Shown one piece after another: positions 15,026-27,100 of a stretch of DNA of 64,000 nucleotides; the stretch's first letter is position 1; the number at the start of each line of letters is the position of its first letter. The stretch comes from Eledone cirrhosa. Its lineage: Eukaryota. The stretch covers positions 30,938,001-31,002,000 of the forward strand of contig OZ024753.1 in assembly GCA_964016885.1 (NCBI GenBank). Direction: 5' to 3'. The notes below the pieces were generated by a model that was not told the DNA's origin, ran no database searches, and saw nothing but the letters and a program-made list of their open reading frames with translations. The position numbers and the translations under genes are program-made.

Positions 15026-15780
15026 CCTGTGAACTTGTTGAGTAGACAGACCTTTCAAAAGAAATCCATAGAAAAATTTATTTAACCAACGTGCTAGACA
15101 ATAAAAGTGTAATATCTTGTTGTTGTTGTTTGTTTGGGGGGGGGGGGTTTACTTCTATGCAACTTTCTTAGTTTTGTCAATAGCACGCATCTTCCAAGGA
15201 AAGAGAGTGAGTAATAGAAAGAGATATAGAAGGAGAATCTACTACTTTTTTATCGATCTTGAAAGAATGAACGCCAAAGGTGACCGGGTTTTGAACACCG
15301 AACGCAGAGAGCCGGATCTATTACTACAAAGCATGTTAGCCAACGTTCTAATTGTTCTGCCAATTCGCCACCTATGTGAAGTATATGAGTTCAAATCTAC
15401 TGTAGACTTACTGTGTGCAAGACAGCTTAAATTGGATAGGTCTATGATCAAAGTGGTTCCATTCATGACAATCACGTTTCTCTTTTGTTTATCTGGTACT
15501 TGCTATTTTATATCTATTGCGGTGTAATTTGTGGAAGACTTGGTCACTATATATAGCATGTCAAGTGACCGTGCACGTCAATCCCTCGCTGTTTCCAACA
15601 GAATATTAAGTTCTACACTACGTATTTCAGACGCTGAGGAAAATTCACGTTTTTTTATAAATGGTGTTACGATTGAAAACACCTTAACTGTGGAACAAAA
15701 TCGAAGACGTAATCGAATTATATCTTTCATTTCGTTCATAATAAAACAATTTGGAGTGTTACGCTTTCAACAACAACCAT

Positions 15781-15958
15781 AATTGTTTCTGCTTTTGGCA
15801 CAAGGCCAGCAATTACCCAGTGCATTACTAGTACTTTATTTTATCGACCTCGTAAAATTAACCTCGGCGGGATTTGAACTCAGAATGGAAAGGGCCGTAA
15901 CTCTATGCGTCAAAGCATGGCGTGCGACCCTCTACCGATACTACCAATGCACCGCCAA
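15781..15958 (-). mobile_element. SINE family A
   Basis: Reverse complement of the family consensus (GGATTTGAACTCAG). Confidence 0.75.
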
Positions 15959-16629
15959 TGCACCAATAACATCAATAATAAAACTTCTAAATTAGCGAAA
16001 CAATGCTATGAAGATCTATGAATTTACTTACTTACAGCCGAGAGTGTGTTACGATTAAGGGTCGAAACACCCAATAAACGTTGGACACCATCCGGTAACA
16101 TCGACTTCTGCTAGCCAAAGCTTCGGGCCTGGTGTGCAGCGTCAGTTGGCCGTAAGGGGGTAGTGATTCATCTACTATTATCCATATCAATGATGTTCAG
16201 TGGTCATGCAGCAACTATCCATAGCTACCTAAGAATAAGGCAAAGAAATGTGATGATGTTTTTCATGTCAAATGTATTCACACTTATTTTGTGTAGGAAG
16301 TTAATATTTGTTGTCAAATACTACATGTGGTGCTTACGTCGTCAATGATGGTTAAAAGACTTAAAACACTCCTCACCAACGGTGAATGGGCGTAAGGCAT
16401 CCTCTTACATCTTAAAAAAGATGTTTCATATTCATACTTGACAGGTAATTTATTTTATCAGCACCAGAAGTCACGAAAAGTAAAATTGACCTCGGTGACG
16501 TTTGAACTCAAAAGATACAAGGGACGAAACTAGTGTATTACTCTATTTAGTTACGTCCTTAAACAACATAACTAAAGAAGTTTGCCCCCCTTTAAGGAAA
16601 ATTGTATTGAAATTTTGTAGCCCTGTGTA

Positions 16630-16812
16630 TTCAAAATTTGCGGTATAGAGTTATGTCCCTTTACGTTCTGAGTTCAAATCCCGTCGAGGTTAGCTTTGCC
16701 TTTCATTCTTACGGGGTCGATAAAATAAAATACCAGTAATGCACTGGGGTTCGATTTAATCGCTTTCCCCCTCTCCTAAAATTGCTGGCCTTGTGCCTAT
16801 AGTAGAAATCAT
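16630..16812 (+). mobile_element. SINE family A (5'-truncated)
   Basis: B-box plus central domain plus GGCCTTGTGCCTA tail. Confidence 0.78.
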
Positions 16813-18056
16813 TATTATTAATTGCAAATGTGATAAGCTGACAGAATCGTTAGAACGACTAAAAATGTTTTAGAGTTTTTATAGGCAAACTGCAGCCCGT
16901 TTGGCTTTCTGAACGTCACGCCTAATTTCAAAATTGCATTGAATTATTTTACTAGTGCGGCTCGCCTTATGATGAACCACATCCTCTGCAGTCCACTGCT
17001 CGAAAAGGTTTGCCCATGCTGGTTTTAGAGTACACCCACCCCCGCTTCACTGGGGGTTGACTTTGCCTTTCATCCTACTGATGTTGGTAAAATAAAATAC
17101 CAGTTGAGTAGTGAGGTCGGTTTACCCCTTTAGCATTTACATTACTTTATATTTACTAATGTATTTTCACGGTTAAAGGGTTTATCTCACATAATTATCT
17201 CACATAATATTGAATCTATGAGATATCGATATTATATATTTTGAGAACAAAACCTTAACATAAGTATGAGCAGCCAATTATGGCCAGTTTGAACAGAAAG
17301 AGGTGAGAGATTTCTGGCCAGATACGGCCGGTTTAAATGTTAAGTTGATCAACTTTTCCCCCCTCCCCCAATATCGCTGGCTTGTGAGTACATTTGAAAC
17401 AACTATTATTATAAATAATTATAAATAACCTCATTTGAAAGAAACTGGTTGTCTTAAAAGAAAATTTTTAAGTCAGAAAATTAATATTCATTGAATAATT
17501 CTATTTATTTTACCAACCTATCGTCAGAAACAAACCATCACAAAATCCCTTCTACAAAATTCCTGTAAGATACGGGAGATCACTCTGATCGAATAATAAT
17601 GATTTAGATAAATATGTGAAGAGTTTCGTATAAATTAATTTTATAACTTATTTTAACCATTTAAAATTTACAAAGTGGTACTTTATACTCCAAAATCATT
17701 ATTTCGTCGATGTTATAAATTGGTGCTCTTCAAATGAATCCTTTTTTAAGAACAAAGTCGTTTGCACCGAATTAAAGACGCTCTCATGTTACCTTACGGA
17801 CAGAAATTCCGTGAACCAGTCAGTATACATGGGATTTTGATTGGGGGGGGGGGGTGAATTTGTGACATTGATGTATTTCAGGAAAATACAAACTAATTTT
17901 CATTTTTAATTTGAAAAAGAAAATACGAAACTAAAACATCGGAATAATACTCTAGTTCAAGATATAACAATGATGACGTTTCCTCCAACTATGTGACGTA
18001 TTATACACACCTCGACAAAAACAAGCATCGTGTTCGTACCAGTTCCCAGATTTACA

Positions 18057-18137
18057 ATGGAAGATCCGATCATTGAAATAATTGTCGGAACTTACGAAGA
18101 ATTGATATTGGCTTATCGTGCCACTGGTGTTGGTGAT
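18057..18137 (+). CDS. PAK1IP1: PAK1IP1 exon 1 (MEDPIIEIIVGTYEELILAYRATGVGD)
   Basis: ATG in ACAATGG context, donor GTACGT. Confidence 0.88.
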
Positions 18138-21100
18138 GTACGTTGGTAAACCTTTTTTTCTATTTAACTCTATCTTATATATTAAAACATTGACGGGAAA
18201 AAAATATTGTCTCACCACGTGGTATAAAATATGAAGAAAGATATGAAATGTTGACTGATAAACAGTTTTGTTTTTGTCAATTATAATAATCGGTTTGTTT
18301 ATTTTCATTTGACGGAAATGCTTGACAATAGACCTCAAAATAAGAAAATTAATATACAGAATCTCATTCGATTTATTTGATTCATTTCTTATATTCCCAT
18401 ATTCCGTTCGTACATACATCGTTTTAGGGGAAGGGGCTATACGGTCTTACCCTTGTCCCTAGTTAAGAGGTTGATGTCTCATTTGGGACACCACAGTTAC
18501 TGGCGCTTTTACTCCTGTATGCTGTAGTAAGGGTTATGGTCACTGCATCCGTAGCGGAACGGAATAGATTTACTGCATCCTGTCTAGGAAAACTTAATCC
18601 CTAATCAGCTATGTGATAACTTTTGCTATAACATTCATGACCTGCTCCCTCAACCTCATGCCTCTATAACCATGTATATATGTATATGTGTGTGTGTATA
18701 CAATTAATTAATTTTCTATTATCAAAGAAATTACTGTTTTATACTTTATATATGTTACCTGTGACAGTGGGGGGGGGGGGGCAGTGTACGGGGTAATTAA
18801 CATTAAAAATAACTTGTTTGGAAAGTCAGAGTTAACTTGAGATACCTAATGAAATGTGAAAAAATGGTTTAATTGATCTTAGAAATAAAGGTGGCTTTTA
18901 CAATGTATTTATTTTGATATGTATGTACATATATATAAGTTGACGGGACTAGCATAAGGTTTCCCTGCTATTACCGGTTGTATCTCAGTGTACTCAATAG
19001 GTAAGGTTATGTAAAAATCCCAGAGTAGACAATATATACGTCGTTAGACGTATCTGAGGAACTTGCGAATCCGAAGACAGGTTCGATCCACAAATAGGTC
19101 GCACCTCGAGCTGATCGCCGGAGAAACAATTGTAATATGTTAGTAAATTGTGTTTCGATACATCACTGATTCTTCGTTTTCTATAATATTATACTCTGCA
19201 GGTTATGAAAGTGGCAGAAATGATTTTAGCACAACTAATTAGAGAAAGGGTCAAACTAGATGAGATGCAGTTTGGTTCTGTGCCTGGGAAGAGTACAACA
19301 GATGCCCTCTTCTTGGTGAGACAATTGCAAGAGAGGTTCTTAGAGAAAAATAAGCCACTATACTTAGCCTTTGTTGACCTAGAGAAGGCCTTTGATAGGG
19401 TACCCCGATCTGTCATCTGGTGGTCCCTAAGGAAGCTAGGTGTTGAGGAATGGCTTGTGAGGACAGTGCAAACTTTGTACAGAGGTACTCTCAGTGAAGT
19501 CAGGTTAGGAATGGAGTTTAGTGAGGAATTCCAGATACAAGTAGGAGTACATCAGGGTTCGGTCCTCAGCCCGCTCTTGTTCATTATAGTCCTCCAAGCC
19601 ATAACAGAGGAGTTTAAGACTGGCTGTCCATGGGAACTTCTCTATGCTGACGATCTGGTTCTTATAGCAGAATCAGTAGAGGAGCTAGAGAATAAATTCT
19701 GGCTATGGAAACAGCAGTTGGAAGCAAGAGGACTGAGAGTGAATCTAGCTAAGACAAAAGTGTTGATGAGTAGAAAAGAGGACAAAACCCTAATTCCGTC
19801 AGGGAAATGGCCATGTTCGATATGCAGAAAAGGAACTGGCATAAATTCTATAAAATGCACACAATGCATATCCTGGGTACACAAGAGATATAGCGGGATA
19901 GCAGGCAAACTAACAGGTAGGGAGAAATATGTATGCAGTAGATGTACAGGGAAATTAGACAGTAGAAGTCGCATTGATAGACACATTTTTCAAATGCGAG
20001 AGGGCGCTATAGAAGTGGTGGATAGCTTCCGGTACCTAGGAGATCAGATTATCATGGGAGGAGGGTGTTCCGAGGCCATAGTATCTAGAATAAGGACGGG
20101 TTTGAAGAAGTTTAGGGAGCTGCTTCCTCTGTTGACGAAGAAGGGTTTCTCCCTGCATACGAAAGGCCGGTTGTATGATGCCTGTGTGAGGAGCGCGATG
20201 CTGCATGGTAGTGAGACATGGGCAGCAACTGCAGAGGACATGCGACGGCTGGAGAGAAATGAGGCAAGCATGCTCCGTTGGATGTGCAGTGTAAATGTGC
20301 GTGAACGACCCAGCTTAAATGTGTTGAGAGAGAAACTGTGTCTGAGAGGGATAGAATGAACGACCCAGCATAAATCTGTTGAGAGAGAAACTGTGTCTGA
20401 GAGGGATAGAATGTAGTGTACGGGAGAGGAGACTGAGGTGGTATGGACATGTGATGCGCATGGAGGATGACCGATGGGTGAAGTGCCAGGAATTGCCAGT
20501 TGAAGGAAGACGTGGTAGAGGTAGACCACGAAAAACATGGGCGGAGGTGGTGAGAACAGACCTCAGATCATTGAAGCTCACGGTGGAGATGACGAAGGAC
20601 CGTGACGAGTGGAGAGATGCTATGCTGAATAAGACCCGTCCCACCCTTGCAAGCAGGGAAAAGCGGACGTAAAATGATGATGATGATGCTCTGAAGGGGC
20701 ATAGAGTGCTCAACCGGCATACTGCCTATGGACGCATCTAAGCAACCTTACAACAAATATATATATATATATATATACACATGCTAATGAAGTGATAGAA
20801 AATGGTGTGTACATGTTGCACTTTGCAGCCAGTGTAAAAGACAAATTGCAAATGCACTTATCCAATCGGTCTATACTCACAGAAACCTTTTGACCACTAA
20901 GTCTGGTGAAATTCCATGTGTAACAGCCCCTATTGTAAACACTGACTACAGTTTGGCACAATTCATCACCATTTTACGTCCGCTTTTTCCCTGCTTGCAA
21001 GGGTGGGACGGGTTCTATTCAACACAGCATCTCTCCACTTGTCACGGTCCTTCGTCATCACCTTGGTGAGCTTCAGCAATCTTTTTTCACCACCTCCACC

Positions 21101-24100
21101 CATGTTTTCCATGGTCTTCTTCTACTAGGATTTCTTCGCTCTTTACCCATTCATCATCATTTTACGTCCGCTTTTCCCTGCTTGCAAGGGTGGGACGGGA
21201 ACTGATTCTGGCTTGATTTCTACAGCTGAATGCCCTTCCTAACACCAACCTCATTTACACTGAGTGCTGGGTGCTTTTTTTGCAGTGGAATGATATTGAC
21301 CCCAGTCCCTATCATCTCATTTCTACAACTGAGTAAACTGGAGCAATGTGAAATAAAGTGTCTTGCTCAAGGAAACAGCACATCACCCGGTCTGAGAATT
21401 GAACTCACAACCTTTTGATTGCAAGGCCGATGCTCTAACCACTAAGCCATGTGCCACTATTATACATTCAAATTCTGTCTCATTTCATAATGGGAGCAAC
21501 TAGGGAAATAGTGAATATGTTTGTTATAGCCCCACTTTAGCTATTAATATGCGTGTGTGTGTATATATATATAGAGAGAGATTGTATGAATGTGTGTATA
21601 AATAATGAATACATTGTAACGGGCCACTTTTATTTCTAAGATCATGAAGTAATTTTCTATGTATGTGTGTAGATATATATATCAACAATCATTTTCTATG
21701 TATGTGTGTAGATATATATATCAAGTCATTTTCTATGTATGTGTGTAGATATATATATCAACAGTCATTCTCTATGTATCATCATCATCAACGTTTAACG
21801 TCCGTGTTCCACGCTTGCATGGGTTTGGACGGGGGTTTTCCCACTTGAGGCAAGATTGGTTGTCTTGCTCGCATAGGACTGTCTGGCGGGTTTCCTACAG
21901 CTGGATGCCCTTCCTAACACCAACCACATTTACAGTGTGGGGCTGGGAGGTTTTTACTGTGTTGCCTACACGGCCACATTTACAGCGTGGACTGTCTGGC
22001 GGGTTTTCTACAGCTGGATGCCCTTCCTAACACCAACCACATTTACAGTGTGGGGCTGGGAGGTTTTTACCGTGTTGCCTACACGGCCACATTTACAGCG
22101 TGGACTGTCTGGCGGGTTTTCTACAGCTGGATGCCCTTCCTAACACCAACCACATTTACAGTGTGGGGCTGGGAGGTTTTTACCGTGTTGCCTACACGGC
22201 CACATTTACAGCGTGGACTGTGTGTTTTTTGTCGTGACGCCTACACAATCTCATTTGTTTCGGCCTGGATGTTGTGGCACCAACATAACTTTACATTGAA
22301 AGGGGCGGTGTGGATGGGGTGGGGGTGGTGGGACGGGGGTGTGTTTTGATAGAGATGCCTACTGACTGTAGTAGATTTTACTTTGTATTTAGGTATGTGT
22401 GTAGATATATATATCAACAGTCATTCTCTATGTATGTGTGTAGATATATATATCAACAGTCATTATCTATGTATGTGTGTAGATATATATGTCAACAGTC
22501 ATTCTCTATGTATGTGTGTAGATATATATATCAACAGTCATTATCTATGTATGTGTGTAGATATATATGTCAACAGTCATTATCTATGTATGTGTGTAGA
22601 TATATATGTCAACAGTCATTCTCTATGTATGTATATGAACTTTCAGAAATGGCAGCTTGAGGAAAGTTTCACAGACCATTCCCATTTGGGTTGTGTGAGA
22701 AATGTGGCTACATCAACTAACCGGAATTTGCTGGCCTCTGGTGGTACAGACGAAAATGTGTGGTTGTTCAACCTAAGTTCTCGGAAAATGATTGGCTCCC
22801 TCACTCAACATGCAGGTATGATATATAACAAATATTAGAAATGATATACCGTATTTGCCGGTGCTGAAGATGCTTCGTCTTCGAGGATGCACCTTAATTT
22901 TGACAACCAAAAATTTGAAAAAAATAATAAACAACTTTTGGCTTCCAGGACACATGGTAGATTTTTGAGACTTATTCTCAGAAAAAAGTAGTGTCTTCGA
23001 CGCCGGGAAATATGGTATGTACACATTTCCTGGGGGCGATTTAATCGACTTTCCACAAAATTGTTGGCCTTGTGCCTAACTTAGAAGCAATTAAAATATG
23101 TACTGGGAATTATGTGTTGGAGAACAAAACAATATTTAGTCATTGATTATTATTATTTTGGCAAGTAAGATTAGCAGCTCTGTGTATTACTAATACTATT
23201 TCTCTTTTATTTGTTTTCAGGTTCTGTGACACACTTAGAATTTCATCACGGCAGTCACCTGTTTACATGCAGTGAAGATGGCACCATGTGTTTATTTAAG
23301 ACATTCAATTGGGAATGTTTACGTGTCTTTAGGGGCCACAAGTAAGTAAAGAGCACTATACCAATGGTTTCGTTCAAAAGCATCCAGTTCACCTTGTCAT
23401 GTGGTAGTGTTAGTGCCCATGAAAAAGCTCCCAGTACAGTGGCTAGCATTATATGGGTTGTGGATGGGCAGTATCAGTAGAGCGCCAGGCAACATGCTTT
23501 ACGGCATAGAGTTACAATCCTTTACGTTAGCTCTGCCTTTCATCCTTACGGGGTAATAAATAAAGTACCAGTAATGCACTCAGATTGATTTTATCGACTT
23601 TCCCCTCTCCAAAAATGTTTGACCTTGTGCCTAAATCAGAAACCATTAGGAAGAACTTCCAGCCATAGAAATCCAAGCTGAAAACAGCTTAAGAGCAAGA
23701 CTCAATCACCTGATCTATCTCGCCTCATAATATGGCAGCTCATCTAACCCATACAAGCATGGAAAATAGATTTTAAATGGTGATGGTGATCAATTATGCT
23801 GTGTTGGATTTTACTAAAAGTGTGGCTATGTACACGAGATGGTTTTCTTGAGGATGTCTTATAGCCACAAGCATGGCTGTGTGGTTAAGAAGTTTACTGC
23901 ACAACCATGTGTTGCACTTTGTATAAGTGTCTTTGACTATAGCCATAGGCAGACATATCTATAATAGGATGTCCTCTGTAACATCACTACAAAGTATACT
24001 AGGTGCATTTTATCATGGCGTCAACTCTTAAAGAGGTTGCTTATGCTCTTGATATGACTGAAGCGTCCTCTTTACTCAATGTTACCATTCAAATGTCAAG

Positions 24101-27100
24101 CACTTTAAGGACACCACCACTAATACTAGGATTAATGTTTCAACAAACAACCCCTTTCTCAAACTTTTTCTTTCAAAGGGTGCATCATATGACCTTAAAA
24201 TACAATTATTATGATTAATAATTATCTTTTTTTTTTTTCTTTCAGAGCAGGTATTAACTGCCTTGCTGTACATCCGTCAGGCAAATTAGCACTGACTATA
24301 TCCAAAGACAAAACCCTGAAAGCATGGAATCTTATTAAAGGTGTTCGTGCTTACACCACCAATTTGAAACGAGGTAACCAGCAACTCATTAAACTTTGCT
24401 CACTCACTTAACTCTTAACATCATATATCACATGAAACCACTTTAGCAAGATATTCCTAAAAAATACAAAACTTTGTCTTCACTTTAAATTTTCACAGCA
24501 ATTTGTCCACTAGTAAAGATACTATAAACATTTGAATTAATTAACGTGTTTTTAGATATTTTTTACTAAATCATTAAAGGATGTTAATGGTTAAATAAGT
24601 TATGTCTGAATGTATTTTGTTAATTTGAGGATGTCAGTTTGTTAGAGTGCCAGGCAATATGTTGTTTGTTCTGGTTTAAGATCCTGCTGTGGCATACATA
24701 ATCTATCACCTAGCCCTTGGTCAAGGTCTCTAGGTTGAGGATAACTGCCTCCTTCCCTCTCACCAGTCTCAGAGGCCCAGAATAGAGTCATGGGCATTGA
24801 CCTGGTGAGGAGATGAGCCCTGCCAGGTTTAAAATGCCTAAAATGCTGTATATCACTCCAGCACCTCTACTACGAGTACATACATACTGTCCTGGCCTCA
24901 GCCGGATGGCTGGAATAGGTAAAAGAGTAAATGGTGTGCTTCACAATCACATGTATTTATGGTTTTTACCCACGACATCCTGTATACATTGTAGAGAGAG
25001 TGGATAACAAACCTCACTTCAGTGGGTCACTGGTGAATTTGGATAAATCAAAAGTTTTTTATAAGGCCAACTATTGATATGCTGTGGTTATTTTTATATA
25101 TTTGTCTTATTTCAGTTGCTGACCTTGTGGTGTGGTCATTAACTGGAGATACTTATTGTCTGGCATTTAATCAGAAATTGGAAGTTTACCTCACAAAGGT
25201 AAGATTGTTTTGTTTTGTTATCATATAATGTCTGACTATGTTCTCTAAACCTGTTTTTTATTCCATCACCATCATCAACATAGCCTACCATCTAATTTCC
25301 ATGCTTGCATGGGATAGACGGGCAGGCCCATATCCTCTCTACCTCCTGTAAATTCTTAGAAGTTCCACATACTTTTATAAATTTTAATCCTATTTTACAT
25401 GTTGTATGTATCTGGTTTGATTTCTCCATATCCCTGCATGTTATAAGAAGTGGCAAAAGGGGTCGGCACTAGGAAAGGAATTTGCTGTAAAACATTACTT
25501 CAAAAAGGATCCTGTAAAGAATATAAAGCCTATCACAAGGCCCTGCATTTGCAGGTAAAATGGTTGTGATGGTGTAATTCTTGTCTATAAGTATCACACA
25601 TTGAACTCTTCTTTTTGTCTCTCTACTTTTGTTTTTATTCTCATTTTACAGACAACTGGCTTAATTCATATCATTGAAGCTGAAGGCCGTGTCAATTCCT
25701 TGTTATATATGACTGTAAGTATTATGTTGTGTGTATATATATTAGTACAGATTAAAGTTTCAGAAGATCCCGTAATAAGGTGAAAGCAGAAATTCTATGC
25801 TTAAACTTTAATCTGTACTAATAATAAATATAAGCTATTTTATTATATATATATGTGAAAAGTAAACGGAAGACAACAACAAAACGATACGGTATACTCA
25901 GCACTCTCAGTAATGTGGTTGGTGCTAGGAAGAACATCCAGCCATAGAAACCCTGCCAAATATGGAACATTACAAGCAAGGTTAAATGCTATGACTCATC
26001 TTGCTCACGGCAGCCTAAGAAGGGGGCATATTGACTACAAATGTTAAAACTAATAAGCAAAAATATATTTTCATAAGTATTATGTATTTTATCTTTGCAG
26101 AATTCTTTAATAGTATATGGTGGAGAAGGATCAGATATTTATTTTTATGACATTGAGAAAGAAGCAGAAGTTTACAAATTAACTACCAGCTCCAACAGGT
26201 ATTTTACTGAATTATTTTTGTTCTATATTAGTATTTTTCCCTCTGTATATTGTCAAATCAAGGCAGTGAATTGGCAGAGCCGTTAGAACATTGGATAAAG
26301 TTTTTTGTGGTATTTGTCCCAGCTCTCTCAGTTCAAATCCCACCGAGGTCAACTTTTTGAGTTTGATAAAAAGATATGTACTGGTCTAGTACTTCTTCTA
26401 TATCTTTGTTACTCTCTATCCTTCTCTGGATGAAATCTGCTGTGTTTAGACCTGGAGAGAAGCTGAGCTCTGCTACATATCAATATGATGCCGCCTACTA
26501 TCTCATCTCTATTTTTCCATATAATAGTTTATGTACTTATAGCTACATTGTTTACCAACCATATAACAGTTTATGTATTTGTAGCTATATTGTGTTTACC
26601 AACTATATAATAGTTTATGCATTTATGCAGCTGAAGGACCAAGGAGGAAGTAACTCTTGGTGTTTTCTGTTGTAATGCAATATTAAATAATTACATAACC
26701 CTGTCTATCAGCTGTTACTCTTCAGTACAGAGTCTTATAGTTATTAAACAGGGTACATGTGTTTAATGTGATAAGTCACTTCATTATTATCATTATCATC
26801 ATTATTGTTGTTTCTAAATCTACTTTTCCATACTAACATTGATTAGATAAAACTTTTTGATGCAATTTTTCTATGGCCTGATTACCTGACATACTTTTAT
26901 TTTTAAGTATAATATATAATCTTCATTGAACCATTTAGCTGCAAGCATCACTTCTTGCTTATTTTAAGCAGTGTCAATATGTCTATGTAATGATGCATAC
27001 AGATACACACATTAGTATTATAAAATTGGCTTCCTCACAGTTAGTCTTGCAAAGGATATAGTAGAAACATTTGCTCATGATAACATGAAATCATGTGGTT

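Noticed and set aside
14303-15058. 251-aa periodic ORF / CRISPR-like appearance
   Set aside because: 22-bp head-to-tail minisatellite; no unique spacers, no cas genes, eukaryotic context
17952-18419. 155-aa minus-strand ORF
   Set aside because: Antisense to PAK1IP1 exon 1 and AT-rich intron; no recognisable motif
21652-22636. 39-bp and 113-bp repeats as a CRISPR-like array
   Set aside because: Contiguous tandem units without variable spacers
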